From: Mammaliicoccus sp. Dog046 | Lineage (GTDB): Bacteria; Bacillota; Bacilli; Staphylococcales; Staphylococcaceae | Direction of reading: 5' to 3' | DNA length: 32,000 nt | NCBI RefSeq assembly: GCF_034039665.1 | Contig: NZ_CP120131.1 | Location: forward strand, 490,206-522,205 | Shown here: positions 1-9,371 of the stretch, in pieces | How the letters are laid out: each line of letters begins with the position of its first letter | How positions within the stretch are numbered: position 1 is the stretch's first letter | Position numbers and translations under genes: made by a program | The notes under the pieces: generated by a model | What the model was told of the DNA's origin: nothing | Seen by the model: the letters and a program-made list of their open reading frames with translations, nothing else | Database searches by the model: none

Positions 1-263
1 CTGTTAAAGAAATCGAAATCGCTGTAACGCTTGTTGCTGAGAAGAAATTCTCACATATCCGCGTACATTCTATTAACATTAAAGAATATGAAACGAACTG
101 TGACAGTATTTTAAGACAGTCTATTAAATATATATTCAATAGTGAAACAGATCCAGTTACATTAATCAAAGTTAAAGATATTTATGAGTCATTAGAAGAC
201 GTTGCAGATAAATGTCAATTAGTAGCAAACAAACTAGAACAAATTATTATGAAAAATAGCTAA
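1..263 (+). CDS. DUF47 family phosphate transport regulator, C-terminal part (5' truncated by window edge)
   Basis: Open frame from the window edge (…VKEIEIAVTLVAEKKFSHIRVHSINIKEYETNCDSILRQSIKYIFNSETDP…KLEQIIMKNS*) immediately upstream of a PiT transporter, the usual DUF47-pit pair. Confidence 0.8.
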   Translation, partial: VKEIEIAVTLVAEKKFSHIRVHSINIKEYETNCDSILRQSIKYIFNSETDPVTLIKVKDIYESLEDVADKCQLVANKLEQIIMKNS

Positions 264-275
264 GGAGTTTTAAAC

Positions 276-1274
276 ATGGATAGTTTACTCATTATTACCG
301 TAGCTATTGTTGTGTGTGCGTTACTTTTTGACTTTATTAATGGTTTCCATGATACAGCAAATGCTATCGCAACAGCAGTATCTACAAAAGCACTTAAACC
401 AAGACATGCAATTTTACTCGCAGCCGTTATGAACTTTATCGGTGCATTGATGGCTACAGGTGTAGCTAAGACAATTGCGAAAGATATTGTTGACCCATTT
501 AAATTAGAGAATGGTTCGATAGTTATTTTAGCTGCATTACTTTCAGCAATCACATGGAACCTAGTCACTTGGTACTTCGGTATTCCAAGTTCATCGTCAC
601 ATGCACTTATAGGATCAATTGCAGGTGCAGCAATCGCATCAGCAGGATTTGGTGTATTACACTATCAAGGGTTCTCGAAAATTATATTAGCGTTAATCGC
701 ATCTCCAATTCTTGCGTTTATCGTTGGTTTTATTATGTACTCTATATTTAAAGTAGTGTTTAAAAATAATAATTTAACGAAAACAAATAGAAACTTTAGA
801 TTTATACAAATCGGGACAGCAGCATTGCAAGCATTCTCCCATGGTACAAATGATGCTCAAAAAGCAATGGGTATCATCACAATGGCTCTTATTTCTGCAA
901 ACATGCAATCTACAACTGATATTGAATTATGGGTTAAAATTAGTTGTGCGACTGCAATGGGATTAGGAACAGCAGTAGGTGGTTGGAAAATCATTAAAAC
1001 TGTTGGTGGAAATATTATGAAAATACGCCCAGCTAATGGTGTAGCAGCAGATTTATCATCAGCTGCAGTAATATTTGGTGCAACATTTATCCATTTACCA
1101 GTTTCAACAACACATGTTGTATCATCTTCAATATTAGGTGTAGGTTCATCACAACGTGTTAAAGGTGTTAAATGGACAACAGCACAAAGAATGATTATTA
1201 CTTGGATTATTACATTACCAGTTTCAATCTTACTTGCATTTATCATTTACCATATTTGTGCGTTATTTGTATAA
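276..1274 (+). CDS. pit: Inorganic phosphate transporter, PiT family
   Basis: 332 aa with GFHDTANAIATAVSTKAL and FSHGTNDAQKAMG signature motifs; SD AAGGAG at 262-267. Confidence 0.95.
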   Translation: MDSLLIITVAIVVCALLFDFINGFHDTANAIATAVSTKALKPRHAILLAAVMNFIGALMATGVAKTIAKDIVDPFKLENGSIVILAALLSAITWNLVTWYFGIPSSSSHALIGSIAGAAIASAGFGVLHYQGFSKIILALIASPILAFIVGFIMYSIFKVVFKNNNLTKTNRNFRFIQIGTAALQAFSHGTNDAQKAMGIITMALISANMQSTTDIELWVKISCATAMGLGTAVGGWKIIKTVGGNIMKIRPANGVAADLSSAAVIFGATFIHLPVSTTHVVSSSILGVGSSQRVKGVKWTTAQRMIITWIITLPVSILLAFIIYHICALFV

Positions 1275-1282
1275 AAAATTTT

Positions 1283-1321
1283 AAAAACGCTTGAGGTATA
1301 TATTACCTCAGGCGTTTTTTT
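1283..1321 (+). terminator. Rho-independent terminator of pit
   Basis: aaaaaCGCttGAGGTAtatatTACCTCaggCGtttttt hairpin plus T tract. Confidence 0.85.
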
Positions 1322-1359
1322 GATATTTATAGTGTTTTTTGATATTTATAGTGTTTTTT
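1322..1359. repeat. Two tandem copies of GATATTTATAGTGTTTTTT (19 bp)
   Basis: Exact direct repeat right after the pit terminator. Confidence 0.9.
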
Positions 1360-1380
1360 GATTAATGTGAGATAGGGACG

Positions 1381-1868
1381 GTCGTAGATTAACTTTGTAG
1401 TTAAGCGACAAGATTGGGTAAGTCGTAGATTAACTTTTGAATTAAGCGACGAGATGGCCAAAGTCGTAGATTAACTCTTGAATTAAGCGACGAGATGAGT
1501 GAAGTCGTAGATTAACTTTGTAGTTAAGCGACAAGATTGGGTAAGTCGTAGATTAACTTTTGAATTAAGCGACGAGATGGCCAAAGTCGTGAGTTAATTC
1601 CAAAGTTAATCCAAGAGATGACCAAAGTCGTGAGTTAACGCCAGAGTTAATCCAAGAGATGGCCAAAGTCGTGAGTTAACTCCGAAGTTAATCCAAGAGA
1701 AAGCCGAAGTCGTGAGTTAACGCCAAAGTTAATCCAAGAAAAGGGCCAAGTCGTGAGTTAACTCCGAAGTTAATCCAAGAGAAAGCCGAAGTCGTGAGTT
1801 AACGCCAAAGTTAATCCAAGAGATGAGGTAAGTCGTGAGTTAATTCCAAAGTTAATCCAAGAGTCGTA
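1381..1868. repeat. Tandem array A: 12 units at exact 41-bp spacing, two subtypes (5 + 7)
   Basis: GTCGT begins at 1381,1422,1463,1504,1545,1586,1627,1668,1709,1750,1791,1832. Subtype 1 is GTCGTAGATTAACTTTTGAATTAAGCGACGAGATGGCCAAA; subtype 2 is GTCGTGAGTTAACTCCGAAGTTAATCCAAGAGAAAGCCGAA. The last unit is truncated, followed by GTCGTA. Confidence 0.97.
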
Positions 1869-1889
1869 TCCCAAACTTCTATATAAAAT

Positions 1890-1925
1890 GAAAAAAGGTT
1901 CAGACCTTAAGTCTGAACCTTTTCG
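1890..1925 (-). terminator. Terminator (bidirectional-looking) for the LysM-CHAP gene
   Basis: aaaaaaGGTTCAGACttaaGTCTGAACCtttt, perfect arms with an A tract on one side and T tract on the other. Confidence 0.85.
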
Positions 1926-1928
1926 TTA

Positions 1929-2747
1929 TTAATGAATGTATGAATAGTTGTAAACTTCTGATGCTGGTATTGTTCTGTAGTCTGTTACGCCTGGTGGTGT
2001 ATTGTAGTTTGTTTCAGAAATAAGCAAACTTCCATCAGCGTTGATTGATTCAACATAAGCAACGTGTCCATATTGTCCAGCTGTTGACTGCATGATTGAA
2101 CCGACTGCAGGTGTGCTATCTACACGGAAACCGTCAGCTTGTGCTGCGCCTGCCCAATATTTAGCGTCTCCCCAGTATGTACTAATTGAACTTCCAGCTT
2201 GTCCTCTACGATCAAATACATAATATGTACATTGACCCCAGTCATATAAATTTTGGTCATTAAATGATTGATTGCCAGTTGTTTGAGTTGGTTGTGTATT
2301 ACTTGCTGTTGTAGTTGCAGTTTCACTTCCGCTTCCACCAGCAATTTTTAATGTTTGACCAGGATAGATAATATAACCTTGTAATTGATTTGAATTCATA
2401 AGTTGGTCAACTGAAACACCATGTTGTTGAGCGATAACGTCTAATGAATCGCCGCTTTTCACTGTGTATGTAGAACCTGAAGTTGCTGTACTTGTACTAT
2501 CTTGAGAGCCACTTCCTCCAGCTGAACTACTTCCGTTTACAGTAATGACTTGTCCTGGGAATATCATGTTACCTGAAATATTGTTATTAGATTTCAGTTG
2601 GTCAACAGATGTACCATATTGATCGGCTATTTGCCATAAAGACTCACCATTTTTTACAGTATGTTGTGTAGATGCGTCTGCATCATGATGTGTAGCTAAT
2701 GCTGCAACACCTGAAACTGCTGTTACTGCGAATGCAAATTTTTTCAA
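1929..2747 (-). CDS. Secreted LysM (two copies) and CHAP domain protein, SsaA-like peptidoglycan hydrolase
   Basis: Signal peptide MKKFAFAVTAVSGVAALATHHDADA; LysM motifs YTVKSGDSLDVIAQQHGVSVDQL; C-terminal CHAP (WGQCTYYVFDRR…GQYGHVAYVE). Confidence 0.93.
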   Translation of the reverse strand: MKKFAFAVTAVSGVAALATHHDADASTQHTVKNGESLWQIADQYGTSVDQLKSNNNISGNMIFPGQVITVNGSSSAGGSGSQDSTSTATSGSTYTVKSGDSLDVIAQQHGVSVDQLMNSNQLQGYIIYPGQTLKIAGGSGSETATTTASNTQPTQTTGNQSFNDQNLYDWGQCTYYVFDRRGQAGSSISTYWGDAKYWAGAAQADGFRVDSTPAVGSIMQSTAGQYGHVAYVESINADGSLLISETNYNTPPGVTDYRTIPASEVYNYSYIH

Positions 2748-2855
2748 AGGCTTATCCTCCTCGTTTATCGTAAAATGTATAGAAACAGTTATCTGTAAAT
2801 ATATAAATCCTTCGATACCAGTAATGGTAACAAAAATCGTTATAGAAGTACTCTA

Positions 2856-2872
2856 TGTCATCACTTTGTAAT
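2856..2872. promoter_or_regulatory. Possible WalR-type site (TGTCAT-N5-TGTAAT) upstream of the LysM-CHAP gene
   Basis: One mismatch from the recalled TGTWAH-N5-TGTWAH consensus; WalR is known to control CHAP/LysM autolysins in staphylococci. Confidence 0.3.
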
Positions 2873-3064
2873 GAAAATACAATAATTGATGAATGACGAG
2901 TTTATGTGAAATGAAAGCGTAAAACTTGTGGGAATGGGATATTTTCGATATGTAAAAATATGTATGTGAATGGAATGTTACAGAAGGGTGATGTCTTCAT
3001 GTTTGAAAAGTGATGCTATACGATGTAAAATGTTGGTATCACTTAAGAGAAGGAATGATTACGA

Positions 3065-3712
3065 ATGAGTTATGAACAACATTATGATTCCCATAGCGCT
3101 AGTGATTCACATGGCTCAGCGATTAGAAAAACATGGTTATACTTTTTATATTATTGGGTGATATTTGGTGTCGGTACTTATATAGGACAATTTGTACCAC
3201 CAGCATTATATTTACCAATATCAATTGGTTTATTTGCATTAATAATGATTTCACTTTTTGTAAAATCTTCTAGAAAATTTAGCGGACTGATTTCAAATGT
3301 GTTTGCATTCTTAATAGGTGTACTTTCATATACATCATTTATGTATTATCTTGGTGCATTAGGCACGCAAGCATTTTATGGAAATATTGCATTAGCTATC
3401 GGTGCATTTGCGGCATTTGGAATATTAGGTTATTTCATGATTGACGATGCATCTGGTTTAGGAAAATATTTATTCGTAACATTAATCGCATTAATCGTAG
3501 CAAGTTTTGTTGGTTTATTCATAAATAATCCAATTTTCCATACTGTTATTTCAGTAATTGGTCTTGGCTTGTTCTTGCTGTATACTGTTTATGATTTTAA
3601 TAGAATGAAATTGGGGAACTTCTCACCTAGAGAAATGGGATTCAATTTATTTATTAACTTATTAAATATCATCATGCATATCTTAAGACTTGCGAGTATT
3701 TTAAAGGATTAA
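3065..3712 (+). CDS. Bax inhibitor-1/YccA family membrane protein
   Basis: 215 aa, 7 predicted hydrophobic segments, C-terminal GLGLFLLYTVYDFNRMK typical of the family. Confidence 0.85.
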   Translation: MSYEQHYDSHSASDSHGSAIRKTWLYFLYYWVIFGVGTYIGQFVPPALYLPISIGLFALIMISLFVKSSRKFSGLISNVFAFLIGVLSYTSFMYYLGALGTQAFYGNIALAIGAFAAFGILGYFMIDDASGLGKYLFVTLIALIVASFVGLFINNPIFHTVISVIGLGLFLLYTVYDFNRMKLGNFSPREMGFNLFINLLNIIMHILRLASILKD

Positions 3713-3720
3713 TATAAAAC

Positions 3721-3767
3721 TAAGTAAGCTCTGCCGATGTTATACAGGTGCAGGGCTTACTTTTTTT
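3721..3767 (+). terminator. Terminator of the Bax1-type gene
   Basis: AAGTAAGCtCTGC … GCAGgGCTTACTTttttt. Confidence 0.75.
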
Positions 3768-3847
3768 GAACGGCAAACTTTGCGAGATTGATGCAATATT
3801 GTATAATAAGTATGTTAAATAACTCACTTTGAAAGAGAGATGGAATT

Positions 3848-4561
3848 ATGGGACGTAAATGGAATAATATTAAGGATAAAAAAGCCCAAAAAGATAAAAA
3901 TACGAGTAGAATATATGCGAAATTTGGTCGTGAAATATATGTTGCTGCTAAATCAGGTGAACCAGATCCAGAATCTAACCAAAACTTGAAATTCGTATTA
4001 GAAAAAGCTAAAACTTATTCTGTTCCAAAACACATTATAGATAGAGCAATTGAAAAAGCAAAAGGCGGAGCAGAAGAAAACTTTGATGAATTACGTTACG
4101 AAGGATTTGGCCCAAGTGGTTCAATGCTTATTGTAGATGCATTAACAAACAACGTTAATCGTACAGCAAGTGATGTGAGAGCAGCATTTGGTAAAAATGG
4201 TGGGAACATGGGTGTTTCTGGTTCAGTAGCTTACATGTTCAATCATACAGCTGTATTTGCATTTAAAGGTAACTCTGCTGATGAAATCTTTGAAGTACTA
4301 CTTGAAGCAGATTTAGATGTTAGAGATGTAATTGAAGAAGAAGAATTAACTATCGTCTATGCTGAACCTGATCAATTCGCACAAGTTCAAAATGTACTAA
4401 AAGAAAATGGTGTAGAAGACTTCGAAGTTGCTGAATTATCAATGTTAGCACAATCAGAAGTGACATTATCTGAAGAAGATCAAGAAACATTTGAAAAATT
4501 AGTAGACGCTATTGAAGAATTAGAAGATGTACAACAAGTCTTCCACAATGTAGATTTGTAA
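3848..4561 (+). CDS. YebC/PmpR family protein (YeeN-like putative transcriptional/translational regulator)
   Basis: 237 aa [74 protein letters not shown]. Confidence 0.93.
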   Translation: MGRKWNNIKDKKAQKDKNTSRIYAKFGREIYVAAKSGEPDPESNQNLKFVLEKAKTYSVPKHIIDRAIEKAKGGAEENFDELRYEGFGPSGSMLIVDALTNNVNRTASDVRAAFGKNGGNMGVSGSVAYMFNHTAVFAFKGNSADEIFEVLLEADLDVRDVIEEEELTIVYAEPDQFAQVQNVLKENGVEDFEVAELSMLAQSEVTLSEEDQETFEKLVDAIEELEDVQQVFHNVDL

Positions 4562-4570
4562 GGTTATCAT

Positions 4571-5056
4571 ATGATGAATAAAGAGAAATGGATTGAAACA
4601 CTTCAACTTTCAGCACATCCAGAAGGTGGCTATTATAGAGAAGTGATCAAATCTAATCAATCACTAGAAAGTGGAAATGCGTTATTTACAAGTATCTATT
4701 TTTTATTAGAGAAAGATAATATATCTCATTTTCATAGAATTCAATCAGATGAAGTTTGGTATTATCATGCTGGACAGACGTTGACAGTGCATATGATATA
4801 TCCAACTGGTGAATATAAAAAGGTCAAAGTAGGACCAAATGTTGAAAATGGCGATGTACTACAAACACTTGTACCTAAAGGTGTTATCTTTGCTTCAACA
4901 GTTGAAGGTGATAATGATTATGCTTTAGTAGGATGTATGTGTGCACCTGGATTTCAATTTGAAGCATTCGAATTATTTACACAAGATGAGTTATTACCTT
5001 TATATCCACAACATGAAGAAGCAATCAGAAAGTATGCATTTGCATCTGAAGAATAA
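4571..5056 (+). CDS. Cupin, DUF985 family
   Basis: HPEGGYYREVIKS…FHRIQSDEVWYYHAG…GCMCAPGFQFEAFELF motifs. Confidence 0.88.
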   Translation: MMNKEKWIETLQLSAHPEGGYYREVIKSNQSLESGNALFTSIYFLLEKDNISHFHRIQSDEVWYYHAGQTLTVHMIYPTGEYKKVKVGPNVENGDVLQTLVPKGVIFASTVEGDNDYALVGCMCAPGFQFEAFELFTQDELLPLYPQHEEAIRKYAFASEE

Positions 5057-5096
5057 AAATGAGGCTGGGACATAATATATGTCTCAGCCTCATTTT
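5056..5096. terminator. Bidirectional terminator containing shared core GGCTGGGACATAATATATGTCTCAGCC
   Basis: aaaaatgaGGCTGGGACATAATATATGTCTCAGCCtcatttt between convergent genes; core at 5063-5089. Confidence 0.9.
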
Positions 5097-5097
5097 G

Positions 5098-6207
5098 TTA
5101 TAGTTCGCCGTATACTTCTAAAGCTGTTTCTATAACGTATGATAATTTTTCCCATTGTGCATCTTCTGTTAAAATATTTCCTTCTTCAGTTGATGCAAAT
5201 CCACATTGTGGACTTAAGCATAATTGGTCTTTGGCAACATATTGTGTTGCTTCATCAAGTCTGTTTAAGATGTTTTGTTTGTCTTCAAGTTCACCTGTTT
5301 TTGAAGTGAATAGTCCTAATACGATATAGGCATCTGTTCTATCAAAATGTCTTAAAGGTTCGAAATCACCAGAACGATTATCATCGTATTCTAAGAAGAA
5401 ACCTTGTAATTTTTCAGTGAATAATTCTTTAGCAATTGGTTCATAACCACCTGAAATTGCCCAAGATGATTGGTAGTTACCACGACAAATATGTGTTGTA
5501 ATAAGAAGGTCTTCAGGTAAATCTGCTAATGAATCATTGACTACTTTTGCAGCTAATTTAATCGCTTCTTCCTTCTCGTCTTCAGTGCGTTCTCTATTCT
5601 TAATTAATTGTTCTGTAGCAGCAAGGCCTGCCCAATAAACATCATCAATTTGTAAATAACGACAACCTAAGTCATAGAATTTCAAGATAGATTGACGATA
5701 TGCTTCTGAAACATCTTTAGCAAATTCATAAATATCAGGATAAATGTCATGATTTAATATGTTTGGATGGAAGAGTTGGTTCGGACTAGGTATAGAAACT
5801 TTACTTACGGCTCTGCCATTCACCTGTTTATGTAAGTAATCGAAATGTTCAAAGTGTGGATGCTCTGGATTGAATTCGACTTTACTGACAACTTTAACAT
5901 CATGTTTTTTCGTTTCAACACCGTTAAAAGTTAAACCAATTTCTGGTTCATAGTCTTCAACGCCAGTTAAGTTCTCTAAGAAATCAAAGTGCCAGTATGA
6001 ACGTCTGAATTCACCGTCAGTAATACTTTTTAGGCCGATTTCTAATTGTTTTTCAATGATTTTGTTAATTTCTTGATCTTCTACTTTACGTAATGCATCT
6101 TCTGAAATCTCGCCATTTGAATATTGTTTACGTGCCTCTTTCAAAGGTTCCGTTCTCAATAAACTACCAACGTGATCTGCACGAAAAGGTCTTATTTGTT
6201 CTCCCAA
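5098..6207 (-). CDS. Cobalamin-independent methionine synthase-like protein (YxjG/YxjH family)
   Basis: 369 aa; RADHVGSLLRTEPLKEAR, HICRGNYQSSW, LSPQCGFAST motifs of the MetE C-terminal domain. Confidence 0.88.
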   Translation of the reverse strand: MGEQIRPFRADHVGSLLRTEPLKEARKQYSNGEISEDALRKVEDQEINKIIEKQLEIGLKSITDGEFRRSYWHFDFLENLTGVEDYEPEIGLTFNGVETKKHDVKVVSKVEFNPEHPHFEHFDYLHKQVNGRAVSKVSIPSPNQLFHPNILNHDIYPDIYEFAKDVSEAYRQSILKFYDLGCRYLQIDDVYWAGLAATEQLIKNRERTEDEKEEAIKLAAKVVNDSLADLPEDLLITTHICRGNYQSSWAISGGYEPIAKELFTEKLQGFFLEYDDNRSGDFEPLRHFDRTDAYIVLGLFTSKTGELEDKQNILNRLDEATQYVAKDQLCLSPQCGFASTEEGNILTEDAQWEKLSYVIETALEVYGEL

Positions 6208-6336
6208 TGTGATTCACTCCTATGTATATACTCAAAAAATTCTGAATAATTTAATATTCATTAAAAGTATCAAAGTCATACATCGTTGTCAATTAAATTT
6301 TGTTATAATAAAAAATAAAAGGAGGGAAATAAACTT

Positions 6337-7881
6337 TTGGCAAACAAGAATAAAATTAAATCTAAAAGTAATACAAAAAAAACTAAAAAGAAACCTGCTA
6401 TAACAAAGTCGAGAAAAAAATCTAAATCTAAAGATAAAAAAAGTAAATTCAAGAAAAAATACATATCTTGGCTGTTATGTGCGCTTTTGATTTTAGTTAT
6501 TATTGTTTCTATTTATCATGTGTTTAAGCCTCTACCACATAATGTTTCTACTTTAAGTCCAGAATCGAGAACAAATAATTTAGAATTACTAACGGATGTG
6601 ACTTATCAATCTGGAAATAAAGTAAAGGCAAAACAAGAAATATTTGATAAAGTAAATGAAACAATCGAAGAAGCGGATGACTTTATCATCATGGATATGT
6701 TCCTATTTAATGCATATAAAATGGATGACAGATCATATCCAAACATCGCAGACCGATTGACAAAGTCACTCGTTGCGAAGAAAAAATCCAATCCAAACAT
6801 GAGAATTATTGTGGTGACTGATCCTCTTAATACATTCTATGGTTCATACACGCCACCAAATATTAAAGAATTAAAAGAGAATAACATCGAGGTACATTAC
6901 ACTAATTTAAGAAAATTAAGAGATGTGAACCCTATATATTCAGGCGGATATCGTACTTTTGGACAATGGTTTGGTAATAGTGAAAACGGTATGTTAAGAA
7001 ACCCATTGAGTCAGCAAGCACCGAATGTAACAGTTAGAGGGTATCTTGATCTATTTAACTTGAAAGCAAATCATAGAAAGACACTTGTGACAGAGAAACA
7101 TGGTATGGTCTTAACAAGTAACCCACACGATTCTAGTGGTTATCATCAAAATGTAGGCGTCCGGTTTACAGGTCCATTACAAAAATCGTTGATTAAATCT
7201 GAATTAGCTGTCGCAAATATGAGTGGGGCACACTATTCGGCAGATGACTTTAACATCAAAGAAAATAGTTGGGACGACGATGATGATTACAGTGTACAAT
7301 TAGCAACAGAAGGAAAAATCAAAGAACAAATGATTAAACATATTAGAAAGCTTCAGTCTAAAGATCGTCTTTCAATAGGTATGTTTTATTTGTCAGATAG
7401 AGATGTTGTTAATGAACTCGTTAAAGCATCTAAGAGGAACGTAGATGTTAAACTGATCTTAGATATTAATAAAGATGCTTTTGGTAGAAAGAAAAATGGT
7501 GTACCTAATAAACCTGTAGCGAGTGAATTAATTAATCGCTCAAATGGTAATATTAAAGTACGATGGGCAATCACACACGGCGAACAATTCCATTCGAAAT
7601 ATTTATTGATGGAACAACATGAGAATAAAGATGCAACAATGATCTTAGGTTCTGCTAATTTAACAAAAAGAAATATCGGTGATTATAACCTTGAATCGGA
7701 TATTATTATAAAAGGTAAGCAAGATAGTAAACCATTTAAAAAATTATCAAACACATTTAATGATGAATGGAACAATAAAAATCATAAGATGACATCACAA
7801 TATAGTGACTATAAAGATGAATCACTGTTGAAAAAGGTATTATATCGTATACAAGAAAAAACTGGACTATCAAGTTTTTAA
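6337..7881 (+). CDS. Membrane-anchored phospholipase D-family protein with a polybasic N-terminus
   Basis: Two HxK-type motifs (NHRKTLVTEKHGMVLTSNPHD; FHSKYLLMEQHENKDATMILGSANLTKRN); N-terminal Lys/Arg-rich stretch then one TM segment (YISWLLCALLILVIIVSIYHVF). Confidence 0.85.
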   Translation: MANKNKIKSKSNTKKTKKKPAITKSRKKSKSKDKKSKFKKKYISWLLCALLILVIIVSIYHVFKPLPHNVSTLSPESRTNNLELLTDVTYQSGNKVKAKQEIFDKVNETIEEADDFIIMDMFLFNAYKMDDRSYPNIADRLTKSLVAKKKSNPNMRIIVVTDPLNTFYGSYTPPNIKELKENNIEVHYTNLRKLRDVNPIYSGGYRTFGQWFGNSENGMLRNPLSQQAPNVTVRGYLDLFNLKANHRKTLVTEKHGMVLTSNPHDSSGYHQNVGVRFTGPLQKSLIKSELAVANMSGAHYSADDFNIKENSWDDDDDYSVQLATEGKIKEQMIKHIRKLQSKDRLSIGMFYLSDRDVVNELVKASKRNVDVKLILDINKDAFGRKKNGVPNKPVASELINRSNGNIKVRWAITHGEQFHSKYLLMEQHENKDATMILGSANLTKRNIGDYNLESDIIIKGKQDSKPFKKLSNTFNDEWNNKNHKMTSQYSDYKDESLLKKVLYRIQEKTGLSSF

Positions 7882-7888
7882 TGAAATA

Positions 7889-7932
7889 CGATTATCAATC
7901 AATATAAAGAAGCGGCTAGGACACAATCAAGT
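7889..7932. terminator. Bidirectional terminator between convergent genes
   Basis: AGCGGCTAGGACA…TGTCCTAGCCGCTttat. Confidence 0.85.
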
Positions 7933-7950
7933 TGTCCTAGCCGCTTTATA

Positions 7951-8502
7951 TTATCTATTCATCTTAATAATATTACGATACATAATATCAGCCATCTTAT
8001 CTGATTCTTCTTCGCATCCATTTTTTAACCAACTATAAATAGAAGCAATTTGTCCACCTACAGTATAATCAAGAAAGAAATTAATATCTTGTATAGAGCT
8101 AATGCGTAGTATTAATTGTTCAAATCTTGTTCTGATTAATTTAATGAAATCTATTATAAATTCTCTTTCAGGATGAGCAACACATACGCTAGTGAAAAAT
8201 CGCTGGTGTCTACTTACATAATAAAAGATATTTACAAAATATTGCTTAATATATTTATGTCGATCGTCAGGATGATCGATGAGTAACTGTTCGATGTTAT
8301 CCATTAAAGTTTCATAATTAGTCATATGGAATTTTTTGATTTCTGAGTATGTATCATATTTGTCTTTAAAATGGGCATAAAAAGTTGAACGATTAATGCC
8401 ACATTCTGCACATAACATTTTAATTGTTATTTCATCAAAATGATAATGTTCTAACAAGTAAACCATGTTACTCGTAATTAGTTGTCTCGCATGTTTTTTC
8501 AT
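7951..8502 (-). CDS. TetR/AcrR family transcriptional regulator
   Basis: N-terminal HTH (ITIKMLCAECGINRSTFYAHFKDKYD); divergent from an efflux pair. Confidence 0.88.
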   Translation of the reverse strand: MKKHARQLITSNMVYLLEHYHFDEITIKMLCAECGINRSTFYAHFKDKYDTYSEIKKFHMTNYETLMDNIEQLLIDHPDDRHKYIKQYFVNIFYYVSRHQRFFTSVCVAHPEREFIIDFIKLIRTRFEQLILRISSIQDINFFLDYTVGGQIASIYSWLKNGCEEESDKMADIMYRNIIKMNR

Positions 8503-8623
8503 AGTTCACCTCTAATAAATACATAATGTACATTTTATCAAATATCCAGAAGAATATACATTAATATTGGTTTCAAAAATGAATATATTATGAACAAATA
8601 TCTGATTTTTTTGTTAATTTAAC

Positions 8624-8648
8624 CCGACAAACTTGTATAATTTGTTGG
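8624..8648. promoter_or_regulatory. Candidate TetR-family operator
   Basis: Interrupted palindrome CCGACAAA-N9-TTTGTTGG overlapping TATAAT in the divergent intergenic region. Confidence 0.5.
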
Positions 8649-8711
8649 TTTAAATAATGTTTGACACGTCATATAATAGATAAATCATTGAAATTTGGAG
8701 GAAAAAGAGTA

Positions 8712-9359
8712 ATGAAAAAAATCGTACTTGTAAATGTTATCACTATAGTAATTTTAGTGGCTATCGGCCTAGTAGGTTTCCACTATTATAGTGAAGCAAC
8801 GGATTATGTTAAAACAGAAAATGCAAAAGTAGACGGTGAGCAAATTAAAATTGCAAGCCCAGTATCAGGAAACTTAACTAGTTTCGATGCTAAAGAAGGT
8901 AAAGAATTCGGTAAAGGTGACAAAATCGGAGAAGTAGAAGGAAAAGGTGACAACGGCGAATCTCAAAAAATGGATATCGACGCACCATCTAAAAGTACAA
9001 TCGTTAAAACTTCAGCTTCAAAAAACAGTTTAGTACAAGCTGGTTCACCAATCGCATACGCATATAACTTTGATGATTTATATGTAACTGCAAATATTGA
9101 CGATACAGATGTTAAAGATGTAGAAGAAGGACAGGCTGTTGATGTTACTATTGATGGTCAAGAAGCTAGCGTTAAAGGTAAAGTGTCTCATGTTGGATTA
9201 GCAACTGCATCAAGTTTCTCATTGATGCCTTCATCAAATAGTAATGGAAACTATACAAAAGTGACACAAGTTGTTCCAGTGAAAATCACATTTGATTCTA
9301 AGCCATCAACAAATGTTGTTCCAGGAATGAATGTTGAAGTTCGAATCCATAAAAATTAA
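8712..9359 (+). CDS. HlyD/EmrA-type periplasmic-adaptor-like efflux subunit (short Gram-positive form)
   Basis: Single TM then lipoyl/biotinyl-like region (ENAKVDGEQIKIASPVSGNL…); ATG 8712 with SD GGAGG is a better start than 8661. Confidence 0.85.
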   Translation: MKKIVLVNVITIVILVAIGLVGFHYYSEATDYVKTENAKVDGEQIKIASPVSGNLTSFDAKEGKEFGKGDKIGEVEGKGDNGESQKMDIDAPSKSTIVKTSASKNSLVQAGSPIAYAYNFDDLYVTANIDDTDVKDVEEGQAVDVTIDGQEASVKGKVSHVGLATASSFSLMPSSNSNGNYTKVTQVVPVKITFDSKPSTNVVPGMNVEVRIHKN

Positions 9360-9371
9360 GGAGGGTGTATA

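Noticed and set aside
260-1246. Antisense and alternate-frame ORFs inside pit (260..568, 554..751, 857..1246)
   Set aside because: Fully contained in the well-supported pit gene; the same reasoning applies to small ORFs inside ssaA-like, DHA2, uppP, MFS, nhaC and M4 genes.
1381-1868. CRISPR array
   Set aside because: The 41-bp periodicity covers the whole unit with no unique spacers between conserved repeats, and no cas genes are in the window. The same applies to arrays B-F.
6209-6403. 64-aa plus-strand ORF
   Set aside because: Overlaps the intergenic region and the start of the PLD gene; Lys/Ile/Asn-rich random-looking sequence without an SD.
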